Position numbers and translations under genes: made by a program. Shown here one piece after another: positions 39,001 through 47,800 of a DNA stretch of 64,000 nucleotides; position 1 is the stretch's first letter, and every line of letters begins with the position of its first letter. Under the pieces are notes generated by a model that was given only the letters and a program-made list of their open reading frames with translations, ran no database searches and was not told where the DNA came from. Origin of the DNA: Candidatus Peregrinibacteria bacterium (GTDB taxonomy: Bacteria > Patescibacteriota > Gracilibacteria > UBA1369 > UM-FILTER-53-11); the NCBI GenBank assembly GCA_016186205.1, contig JACPMA010000016.1:30978-94977 (forward strand), given 5' to 3'.

Positions 39001-40909
39001 GGTGGAACATTTAAACGGTCTTACAAATGGACCGAGACAGCTATGGAAAAATGCTTTTCAAGAGCTCAAGAATGTCTGGCAGGCAGCCAAAGGATATCAT
39101 GAAGCGAGAGGTATATTGCAGGAAGAAGCCGCGAAATTGCGACTTAATACGCCGACAGGATCAACTGTATTATCAGCGCTTTTGCATAACGAAGAAGGAA
39201 GAGTTGCCAAAGCCGCCGCTGAATTACGAAGGGCTCTTGGGCCGATTGGACAAATTGATAAAATTCCTGCGAAAATTCGAGCTATGCTGTCTGAAGACTT
39301 AAGGAAAACTGTTGCAGATTTTGCCGGAGCTTATAATAGAGCTGTTGAGCTTGTTCGTGGTGGAGTGAAAATATCTCGCGAGCAGGTCGGAGGATTTGTT
39401 ACAATGCGAAGAGGCGAGTTAACACAATTATGGAAGAGGATAAGCGGACTTCCTACTGCAGCGCAGGCCTGGGCGAAGACGCAATGGGCGAAATTGAGCA
39501 ACCCACTTGAGCGATTTGCTGATAGCTGGAAAGCGAAAGGCGTACAAGTAGCCGATGCGACAGAAGAATATTTAGCAGCGAGGAGATTACTAAGAGGAGC
39601 GAAGGAAGGTGGAGGGACAGTTGGAATAGCGAGACAGGCACCAGGAGTGGAGGCAGCAGGGAGAGAATTACAAGAAGCATTAGGAGTTCACCGGATTGTG
39701 GCATTACCTGGAAGACTTCGTACTGCATTGAGTGCGGATATCAGAAAGACCGTCGAAGATTTTGCCGGAGCCTATAATAGGGTGGCCGAAGCAATGAGGG
39801 GTGGGCTTAATATATCGAGGGAGAAGGTTGGCGAGTTTATAACAGCCCGGAGAGGAGAATTAATGCAATTATGGAAGAGCATCAGCGGATTACCAGCGGT
39901 TGCGAGAGGATGGGCTCAAGCACAGTGGTTGAAATTGAGCAACGTGGTAGAAGGATTTGTTAGAACAGCGAGAGGACGAGGAGAACGAATTGCGAGAGCT
40001 CCAAGGGAATATTTAGAAGCAAGAAAAGCACTTAGGGCAGCTGAAGAATTTGAAAGACCAATTAGAGAAATGAATCTTGAGGACCGACTCGGTATACCTG
40101 GTCTGGAGAGTGGAGCTCAAAGAAGATTAGCAGCGGCTAGGGTAAAATTTGAGGTAGCGCAATTCAGGCTATGGAGAGCATCGGGTATAGATGCAATTAT
40201 CACGCTTCCTGAAAAGTTAAGAACGAACGTCGGAGAGGCAGGGGCAGCAATTCTCCAAAGACTCAATGCGGTTCGTGAGAGTGTTGGAAAAGGGCTTTCG
40301 GTACCACTTAAAGAGGCTTCGACTTGGATTTCAGCACGCAGGGGAGAATTATCGAGCCTGTGGGGAACGATACAGAGTCTGCCTGGAGGTCTACAGAAAT
40401 GGGCAGCGAGTCAGTGGATGAGGTTGAGTAATGTCGTAGAAGGATTTGCAACAATGGTAAAAGGAAAAGGGGAGAGAGTAGCCAATGCTACCGGAGAATA
40501 TATGTTAGCGCGAAAAGCGGTAAGAGCAGCCGGTAAAGTAGAAGGCGGAGTATTGTCTGGAGGAACTGTTCGACTCGCCGCAGAAAAGAGAGCGCTTGAG
40601 CGTGCGCGCGTTGCATTCGCCGATGCCATCGGTTTAACCCAACTTAAATCTTTAGCAAATACGGCTATTCTCGGATTGAAAGAAGGAACTCAAAAAGCCG
40701 TCCGTGCGCTCGTGACTGACACGAATGCATTTGTTGAAAAATACGCCGGTGTAAAGCAGGCAATAGGTATAAAATCAGCAGCTTTTATAGCTGAAGTAAG
40801 GAAACTCCAGGCTCATATCGGTGAATTAATGGGTGAATTGCCGGACGACAGCCCACTCCGACCTTTGCTTGCAGCAACTGGTGAACGTTTGGGAAATATG
40901 TTGAAGTAG
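36041..40909 (+). CDS. Giant (1622 aa) orphan protein with central hydrophobic Ala/Gly region and ~6 C-terminal ~140-aa helical repeats
   Basis: Repeats of the form ELRRALG...RRGEL..LW..I.GLP...Q.W...QW..LSN are visible in the translation. Confidence 0.8.
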   Translation: MSPGFEQLRPSIEGADRRIDAGKTNVNLSKVEAEFKKVEGHAKMQTDPALREKYEAILREQRARFEALQDGNDQKHLDALRAAVRGTLVALDDFVYENGDFLQMNYSRQYAETTGVASVYAAWRKESNVAFSTLAHIIKAYLPGVGSYGSEKYRQAVFLFLNQRQGGAQGHGAPYDISRIHDAAEWTRAEAELRKIKVGEEFDFWKVRVALNQPISRPPTLPQAAADGGPIPDLVPLVPPVRRRERSAGAPAAVPTARPAPAPASAPAAGPTEEVALTSHEQVALNSFSQGIEKAFRALQSAGENGEAIQRALRNIKAQADDIALYGKQNPTSNALPKLRIMRMQCEAFLTQAGLALRAGQADQIAKGAREDTHGFWSNLRVLNAIPKMYRATTGDQDTLTYSEARSRVMDMRTREVSRAAKGAEVVFTALSKEPPITMQQIRGMGPKRLVDAGLATAEKANEIHSAIQNFFTSPEGRRLAAIDENRLTAELDQRLAREALRVEEGTVLGVSQAKWERMGDVSSSLASLDLFLLPGGGMLLGKLAARSALAVRAAAAAAKGFEAAKAVRGAGLLIRAGEKFVTWSPQEFKALQAAEKAGRAVNVAKALARGTLTVGTSLVKFTAATAAAEALVPGSGHLVLASCFLVPGAVKGFSEAVGKNVSEAFALAGGNMTVGQMPEMTRAYLLYLRNTQTQAALARNLQGSLQKGGMAAAEAEKAASAFSKDLFEGQTGRELEGLASRKIGLAGRVKEYVKARREMVRPTLERGIPVKSEALRNSDLQDAAVKLREALGPIGKIDKLPAAIWNRLSADARQTVTDFTSACQNISGAVRKGMNISGEWIAARRQELTALRAKINSLPREAQQWAIAQWERFSAGFENVLAARRRYNTVRRAAQQQEGGLAGKVGGIPERYRPRLAEARTTLSKDLGVDKLLSGVGVARKVLAPKIQAAIDGFVAARRGVVLVLQSGKKITGDALRTVLSGIKTMVEHLNGLTNGPRQLWKNAFQELKNVWQAAKGYHEARGILQEEAAKLRLNTPTGSTVLSALLHNEEGRVAKAAAELRRALGPIGQIDKIPAKIRAMLSEDLRKTVADFAGAYNRAVELVRGGVKISREQVGGFVTMRRGELTQLWKRISGLPTAAQAWAKTQWAKLSNPLERFADSWKAKGVQVADATEEYLAARRLLRGAKEGGGTVGIARQAPGVEAAGRELQEALGVHRIVALPGRLRTALSADIRKTVEDFAGAYNRVAEAMRGGLNISREKVGEFITARRGELMQLWKSISGLPAVARGWAQAQWLKLSNVVEGFVRTARGRGERIARAPREYLEARKALRAAEEFERPIREMNLEDRLGIPGLESGAQRRLAAARVKFEVAQFRLWRASGIDAIITLPEKLRTNVGEAGAAILQRLNAVRESVGKGLSVPLKEASTWISARRGELSSLWGTIQSLPGGLQKWAASQWMRLSNVVEGFATMVKGKGERVANATGEYMLARKAVRAAGKVEGGVLSGGTVRLAAEKRALERARVAFADAIGLTQLKSLANTAILGLKEGTQKAVRALVTDTNAFVEKYAGVKQAIGIKSAAFIAEVRKLQAHIGELMGELPDDSPLRPLLAATGERLGNMLK

Positions 40910-40994
40910 AAGAATTGATTGGATGAGATGTGAAAAATTGTGAACAGATAACTTTATTCACCCCTGTTGTTTTTACAATACGGCTTATTTTATA

Positions 40995-41536
40995 AGACAT
41001 CTGCGCTCGCCTCTGAGGCAAGCCATTCGTTTCCGTGACAGGGAGCACTCATGGCTTGCCTCAGGGCTCGCTTGATGTCTATTCAAGAGGCGGTGATCTA
41101 GAGTACACATGCGGTCCGGATAAATCCGGAGAAGTCGCAGAGGTGAGACCACCGCCTCCACGCAATACTCTTTCAGGCCCTATCCGCCAGCGCAGTGAAG
41201 CGCAGCAGAGGACATCAATTGAAAGAGCGATAGAGAAATGGAGTCGACTACGGCTTCCACTTCTTTCTCCGTTGCGAAAGCGGAGAGTCTCCCTACCGTT
41301 CTTCGGTGGATATTTTCGGACCTTGCCCACCATGGTCCTTTGTATTTTTGTTTTGCACTGTGCCTTGCGGCGCAATGAAAATTTTTTCGTTTATTTTGAT
41401 TTTTTCCCGTCACGAAACGAATCGTGAGGGATCTTTTCAATGTTGAGACTGTAGTCGGCAGTCTGCGTTGAAAAGTAGGGAGCAGAGCGAGTCCTTTTGG
41501 CGAGCTCTAAACGGCTTCGTTTTGTTCCCCACTTTT
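40995..41536 (+). ncRNA. Candidate large structured non-coding RNA (~540 nt), class unknown
   Basis: At least 9 hairpins and long-range pairings, with GCGA/UUCG-type loops. G-U pairs favour the + strand and there is no credible ORF. Confidence 0.65.
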
Positions 41537-41595
41537 ACTTTGTGTTTTAAAAGAGCCGTGAAATTAAATAATTATATCATGGATTTTCGTTTTAC

Positions 41596-42651
41596 TCAAG
41601 CCGCATGCGGTAAATTTATATTTCCTTCCGCAGCGATGAATTTTGCGAGAGCGCTCGAGGCTTTGCCGGTGAAATGTAGGCCGTCTTTGACTCTTCGATA
41701 GCGTGTAAAATCCGCTTCTTTTCCAAGGTCTGCTATTTGAGAAGGTCCGTCCGCAAGCCCGTGCCTATTCAAAATCCATTGATTCACGGCTCGAGTTCTC
41801 GCTTGTAATTCCTCTGCGCTGATCGGATATTTTTTTCCTTTTCTTTCATACCTCGTGATAAACGCTTCTGTATTCCACTGCGGAATAGTGCAGGCAACAA
41901 CTTCAAGGCCAGCTGTTTTAGCTTCCCTATACATTGCATCCAGATTTTTTTGAATCGCTTGCGGTGTTTTTTGGCTTGCAATGTCATTTACCCCTCCGAA
42001 AATTACCACCCGCCTTACGCTAGAGAATTTTCCAGCTGCGCGCTCTCTTAAAAATTCTCTAAAATGAGTCAGCATCCAACCGGTTTGGCATCCTCCTTTT
42101 GCAACGAAATTCGCCCCGCGGAGCGCGCTCTGCATGCCGACCGTAAGCGAATCGCCGACAAAAACAGTTTCGGAAATCGGAACTTCGGCAAGTGCCGATG
42201 GACTTTCGTTTGCGCGTTCAGGCGGCGGAGGAGGTGTCTGCGCAGGAGGTTTTGCTTTAAAAGTATATCCTTCCCACACGGCTACATATTTTCCTTCAGC
42301 ATCATAAAACGATCCGTTCGGTCCGCGCGTTCCTTCGGTAGTTTCGCCGGACGGAGTGGTCACTGTCACGGACGCATATTTTGCCGGAATAATGTGTTTT
42401 AAGCCTATCCATTTTTCATGATTTTTGTTTCTGCGAAAAGTCAATTTTCCCGAAGCGGAGCCGTCGGCATTTTCTTGAAAGTCCGCGACAAACGCTTTTC
42501 TTAAATTTTCTTCGCCAAGCGCGTGGAGCGATTCGCGGCTCAAAGCCAATTCAATCGCCCGATCGAGCGGCGTTTTTTTGAGCGGTTCGCGTTCGGCGGT
42601 TTCGTTATCGCGAGGCGCAGACGGCGAAGGCGGCAAAGTTTCTCTTCCCAT
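41596..42651 (-). CDS. SGNH/GDSL hydrolase with N-terminal extension
   Basis: Motifs FVGDSLT, GGVND and DGLHF. Confidence 0.85.
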   Translation of the reverse strand: MGRETLPPSPSAPRDNETAEREPLKKTPLDRAIELALSRESLHALGEENLRKAFVADFQENADGSASGKLTFRRNKNHEKWIGLKHIIPAKYASVTVTTPSGETTEGTRGPNGSFYDAEGKYVAVWEGYTFKAKPPAQTPPPPPERANESPSALAEVPISETVFVGDSLTVGMQSALRGANFVAKGGCQTGWMLTHFREFLRERAAGKFSSVRRVVIFGGVNDIASQKTPQAIQKNLDAMYREAKTAGLEVVACTIPQWNTEAFITRYERKGKKYPISAEELQARTRAVNQWILNRHGLADGPSQIADLGKEADFTRYRRVKDGLHFTGKASSALAKFIAAEGNINLPHAA

Positions 42652-42701
42652 ATAAATCCTTTTATTATAACACAAAATCGGCTCTGATATAATGCTTTTT
42701 G

Positions 42702-43265
42702 ATGCCACAAGGAAAACTCTTTCTCATACTCGGTCCGTCGGGTTCAGGCAAGGGAACAGTCATAAATTATTTACGAAAAAAATTTCCGCAGGCAGTGTTT
42801 CCGCTTTCATGCACCACGCGCCCGCCGCGGCCGGGAGAGAGCGACGGCGAGGTGTATCATTTTTTAACTAAGGATGAGTTTCAGAAGAAAATCAATACCG
42901 GTGAATTTTTGGAATGGGCCGTGGTCCACCATGATAATTTTTATGGCACGCTTAAGCAGCCGATTCTTGATGCGCTTGCCGCTGGAAAAATCGTAATACG
43001 CGAAGTTGATATGCAAGGCGTTGAATCGATCCGCAAAATTCTTCCATCCGGCCAAGTTATTGCGATTTTCATCACAGCTCCGTCATGGGAAAATCTAAAA
43101 CATCGCATCCTCGGCCGAAGTAAAATTCCGCAAGAAGAACTGGAACAGCGCGAAAAAAGCTTTGAGCGCGAAATGGAGTTTTCAAAAAAATGCGATTTTG
43201 TGGTGATGAGCGAAGAAGGAAAAATTCAGGAGTATTGTGAAAAAGTCTCTGAAATTATTCATTAG
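42702..43265 (+). CDS. gmk: Guanylate kinase
   Basis: Motifs GPSGSGKGT, TTRPPRPGE.DG..YHF, FLEWA and YGT. Confidence 0.96.
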   Translation: MPQGKLFLILGPSGSGKGTVINYLRKKFPQAVFPLSCTTRPPRPGESDGEVYHFLTKDEFQKKINTGEFLEWAVVHHDNFYGTLKQPILDALAAGKIVIREVDMQGVESIRKILPSGQVIAIFITAPSWENLKHRILGRSKIPQEELEQREKSFEREMEFSKKCDFVVMSEEGKIQEYCEKVSEIIH

Positions 43266-44542
43266 GCCGCAAGTAATTCGCGCAAAAAACTTGTTCCTTC
43301 ACCAATTCGATCTTCAACGCCGAAGATTTCAGCAAGCGTGGCCGCAACATCAGCATGACTTTCGCGAACCCCAAGTTCTACAGGCTTAATCATTCTTGGA
43401 CTATATACAAGTAGCGGCGAGCATTCACGCGTGTGGTTTGTGTGATTCGGATGCGTTGGGTCATTGCCATGATCCGAAGTTACCACTAAAAGATCGCGCT
43501 GCCCCATAGCTTGAATAACTGCGCCAATGCCGCGCGATGCCGCCTCAATATGATCTACATAAAGACCAGGTTCTCTTTTATGGCCGGATTTTTCATCAGT
43601 ATATTTCAGATTTGCAAAAACGAAACGGTCATCCGGTTCCTCGCGCATTCGCCGAGCCACTTCCATAATCCGTTCATCATCGGTATCGCCTTTTTTTATT
43701 CGTTTTTCTGAAAAGCCCCGGTCATTGAGCATTTCCGCAGTTTTACCCACCGCAAAGACAGAAATTCCTTTTTCAACCAGGTGATCAATGAGGGTTAGGC
43801 CGTCGGGATTCACGCCCAAATCTTTCCGCAGCTCCGAGACGCGCTCAAATTTTCCAGGCTCTCCTCTCCAGACTCGCAGAATAACACGTGCGACATTCGC
43901 AAATTCGCCAACAAGCGCGCGGGTTCGAATTGCTCTGGCTATTGCCTCCATCATTTCAAGCGGCAGGACGTCAAGGTGGAGCGCGACTTGCACGAGGCTG
44001 TCAGAGGAAGCATAAATGGGGAGAAAAAAAGGTTGAGAAGGATCGCGGCTTCCGTAGTGGACATTTCCGATGGAAGGATGAGTGAAGAATTTTTCTCCAT
44101 TAATATCATCGGTTTCAGGATAGCGAATAGCTTTTACCGGCCGCCCAACAACGCCTTCCACTTTATGTTCGATGCGCGCAATTAGTTCAGGCGGAAAACC
44201 AGTTTTGTTAAAAAGGCGGTATGGAGTTTTGACGCGATGGCCCATAAGGGCTTGATGACCCTCCGGACTCCCGTTGCCTGCGAAACGCGGCTCAATGGCT
44301 CCGACGGCGCCGCGAACATGATTCCATGCGGTTTGCCGAATAAGCTGAAGACCGGTAAGACCCGGAATCTGTTGGAGTCCTATGTTCCGTAGCGCCTCTG
44401 CATCAATAGGTTTTACTTGCGACGCATGCACGAGACTATTGGCGCCAACGTCCTCTGGAAATTCGGTTCCAGTATCCTCAGCTTGCCCGCAGCCAACACC
44501 GTCAAGAACAACGAGCGCAACGCGATCAAATGGACGATCCAT
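43262..44542 (-). CDS. deoB: Phosphopentomutase
   Basis: Motifs VVLDGVGCG, GH..LMG, ASSDS.VQ, FANL..TD..GH, TSDHGNDP and HTRE. Confidence 0.9.
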   Translation of the reverse strand: MDRPFDRVALVVLDGVGCGQAEDTGTEFPEDVGANSLVHASQVKPIDAEALRNIGLQQIPGLTGLQLIRQTAWNHVRGAVGAIEPRFAGNGSPEGHQALMGHRVKTPYRLFNKTGFPPELIARIEHKVEGVVGRPVKAIRYPETDDINGEKFFTHPSIGNVHYGSRDPSQPFFLPIYASSDSLVQVALHLDVLPLEMMEAIARAIRTRALVGEFANVARVILRVWRGEPGKFERVSELRKDLGVNPDGLTLIDHLVEKGISVFAVGKTAEMLNDRGFSEKRIKKGDTDDERIMEVARRMREEPDDRFVFANLKYTDEKSGHKREPGLYVDHIEAASRGIGAVIQAMGQRDLLVVTSDHGNDPTHPNHTNHTRECSPLLVYSPRMIKPVELGVRESHADVAATLAEIFGVEDRIGEGTSFLRELLAA

Positions 44543-44617
44543 AGGGAGTTATTGAATCATAAGTTTTATTTTTGGGCAAAAGAAAGTTCTTTTTTATAAA
44601 ACCTGCTTCGCAGGTTG

Positions 44618-44691
44618 TGGTTGGGGAGGAAGGATTCGAACCTTCGGTGGTGCCTCCAGAGGGCACTGCCTTACCGCTTGGCTACTCCCCA
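44618..44691 (-). tRNA. tRNA-Gln(CUG)
   Basis: TGGGGAGTAGCCAAGCGGTAAGGCAGTGCCCTCTGGAGGCACCACCGAAGGTTCGAATCCTTCCTCCCCAACCA folds into a canonical cloverleaf. Confidence 0.95.
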
Positions 44692-44802
44692 GCGTATTTT
44701 TATTCTATATCTATTATGCCATATGATTACCTCCCAGAAAGCCTGAAAATATGGTAAAATATAAGCAATAAAAAAGACCCAGCAAAATAAAAACAAATAT
44801 TT

Positions 44803-47800
44803 ATGTCGCCTCCGGAAAAGAGAGAAGGCCGAAAAATCCATGAAGGCCGAAGAACGGATTATAAACGCGATACAGAAGAATTGCAGCGCGAGCAGTTTCT
44901 TGATGAATCGCGGCGCGATCGCGAACGCCTGAAAGGCAAGATTGAGCAACCGGAGCAAAAACTTGCCAAGGAAGTCCGGGAATCTTTGGAAACAAGAGTG
45001 CCAGATGCTGTAGATCGCGAAAAAGTCTATCGCCTCATGAGCGTTTATGAATTCATCCCGTCTTCGCAGACTGAACTCGGTTTTTTTCTTCACGACCTAG
45101 AAATTCTAGAATATCAGCCTGCCATGCTTTTTTATGAATTTTTGAGCCATGAATTCGGATATAAATTTGAACTTACTTTTCCGCGAGTAGTCAAAGACCT
45201 CATAAACTATGAGAATCTGCAAATGAAATTTCAGATGGCGGAAATTGAAGTTTCTCTTTCCGGCAGTGATGAAAAGATGCGTGAATTCGATGAAAAACGG
45301 AATACCATTATGAATACTGTATTGACGCGAATTTTCGTCGAAGCGCGCCGTCGTTACGGAACGGGTTTTTTCAAAAACAGCGCTCAAAAATTTCGCGATC
45401 ACTATCAAATTCCGCTTTCAGCATCAGGTCTTTTGCTCTATTTTGGTTTGTTTGATGATAAGGATAAAAAGCCCGATACAGCGTCACTTCTTTCTGTCGA
45501 TCAACATGCCGTTCAGGAAAAAATCGGGCCGCTTTTTCAAGGAAATGAAATGCTGTGTATTTTATATTCCGTCCATAAGCCGAAAGAATTTGAAGCTATG
45601 GTAGCGGTCGCTCAAACCCTTAAGCGCCATACTAAATATGAACCGCTTGATAAGTATGTTTTTGAAGTATTTGGTTCCATAGAAAACCTTCCGGATTTTC
45701 TCGCTTTTTGGAATTGGATTGAGTATGAATTTTTACAGAATGGCCCGCTTACTTTGCGATCCGCTGATGATTTGCTTGAACAGTGGAATAAGCTTAAACC
45801 GGCCAAATGGGATAAAACAACAGCGAACCGCATACGCGACGTTTGGAAGGAATGCGGAATTGCCGCAACGAGGCCGGAGTTCCTTACGCATATCGCCGAT
45901 TATTATTGGTCTGATGAAGAAATGGAAGCTCTGCGTTCCATCAAGAAACAACATTCATTCCGCTGGAACGAGAATCTTTCAGTAAACATGCTCCATAAAG
46001 ATATTCGAGAAATTCTTAAAAAAGGTTTGTTGGCGCGCATCGCGGATCCGCAGAATGCGCCTCTTTACCGCGCTGCGGCAAATTATAAATATGATCCCCA
46101 AGCTCCGCTGGAAAATTTGCATAATTTTCTCGAGACCGAAAAGGGCATAGCGGTGCTTGAAAAAAAAGATCCAAACGCGAGAAATATTTTACAAGTTCTC
46201 GGCAGAACTAATGTGCCACTTAACGCAGTTGCCAGACTTGCCTCTGGTATAACCCAAAAAGTCCTTGAGAATCTCGGCGCCTCTTCGCCGATTTTGACTA
46301 TCGTGCACCGTTTTGCCGAAAAGCCGGATCTCATTCATGCATGGGAAAAACTTTGTCAAAATTACCAGTGGGATGAACTTGAGCTGGGTCATCTTGAATA
46401 TTGGCTTGATCTTCCCGATGAAAAACAGAAGCAGCTTGTAAATTCAGAACATATCGCCCGCGTGCGTATGCTCCGGCAAACGTATCATTTTAAAATCAGT
46501 CCGCCGATACTCATTACTTTTATGAATGATTTTGAATCGGATGAAAATTTCCGAAAACAGATCAGCGTTCTTTCCTCGAAGCCATGTCAGGGATTTTTTA
46601 AAAAGTATGGAACGCTTTTTGCGGAATCCAATTTGATGGATGAAACATGGCAGCAGGATCGCCTCCTTGATATAGTTAAATTTTTTCAAAAACAAAAAAC
46701 CGACAAACGGTTCCTTCGTTGGGCAAAACGGTGGAAGGATGCCGGACAAGGAGTGGACTCCGTTTTTATGGGTGATGAAAGCCAATCTTCTTTGGCTGTT
46801 TTGGATCGTCCGGAATTTCCGCGGCTTGTTGCCGTATGTAAAATTCTAAAAATCGAAATGGGTTCTATAAGCAATCTGGCAAGGTTAGTTAACCATGTGG
46901 CAACTTTGGAGAAAAAAGAATTCTCCGGCTTTCTGGATACGATGGAGCGCATTTATGGCGTGACGCATGAATTTTATATGCTTGATGATCTTGCAAAAAT
47001 CTTTGAAGATACGCAAGCGCGCGCCTTTTTTACAAATCCGGATGTCCAGAATTTTTATCGCAAACTCCAAACATACGGCTATTCATTCGAAGAGCGAAAC
47101 TACATGCCTTTTGAGGAACGTTACAAAAAATTGCGAGGTTTATATGAAACAAAAGGTCTTTTTGAAGCCATTGAGCGGCTTGGAAAAGCTTACGGAATGG
47201 ATGTGCAAAAATTGGCTGGAGAGGCGGAAGAAGAGGAAAATGGAGGAGGAGTCTTCGGGAGAATTTCGAATATGATGATGCCTGGAATTGAGACAAGGGG
47301 ATTTGATTTTATGTCCGAGCTTAAAGTGCTCGTTGAACAAGGCGATTTTGAACTGCTCGTTGCGCCGGAGACCGTCGAATTCGTGAAATTTTGCGAGAAG
47401 ACTTATGGCTATCAATTTTCTCTTTTGAATATGAGTTCCTTGATGACGGTTGTAAAAAGTCCAAGGCTCAAGGCGGCCGTGCGCGATCCTCGACTTCCAG
47501 AGGTTATCAAGCGTTTAGGTAAACGCATCGAACTTAGATTTAGTTTTAATGCACTCGACCTTTTTGTCGATATTATGGATCACGAAAAAGAATTTGAAGA
47601 GACCATGGATCTTTTGGAGCAGCAGTACGCTTATCGTCTTAAAGATCCAGGCGATTTGTTTTTTATCGTTGATCTTTTGGGCAAGGAAGCAGTTATTGAG
47701 AAATTAAAGAGTAAAACATTCCAGGAAATGATCGGGGCGCTTAAAAAAGAGCAGAAGTACAAATTTGAAGTGACGGATATGTATGCGCTCATTTACCTTG

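Noticed and set aside
41035..41440. ORFs of 130, 98 and 86 aa over the structured region
   Set aside because: They have no protein-like motifs and weak starts; the sequence is better explained by RNA structure.
40975..41560. RNase P RNA or group II intron as the identity of the large structured region
   Set aside because: CGGCTTA is at the wrong end and no GAGGAAAGTCC is present. The GAGCCG at ~41553 is not followed by a domain V hairpin.
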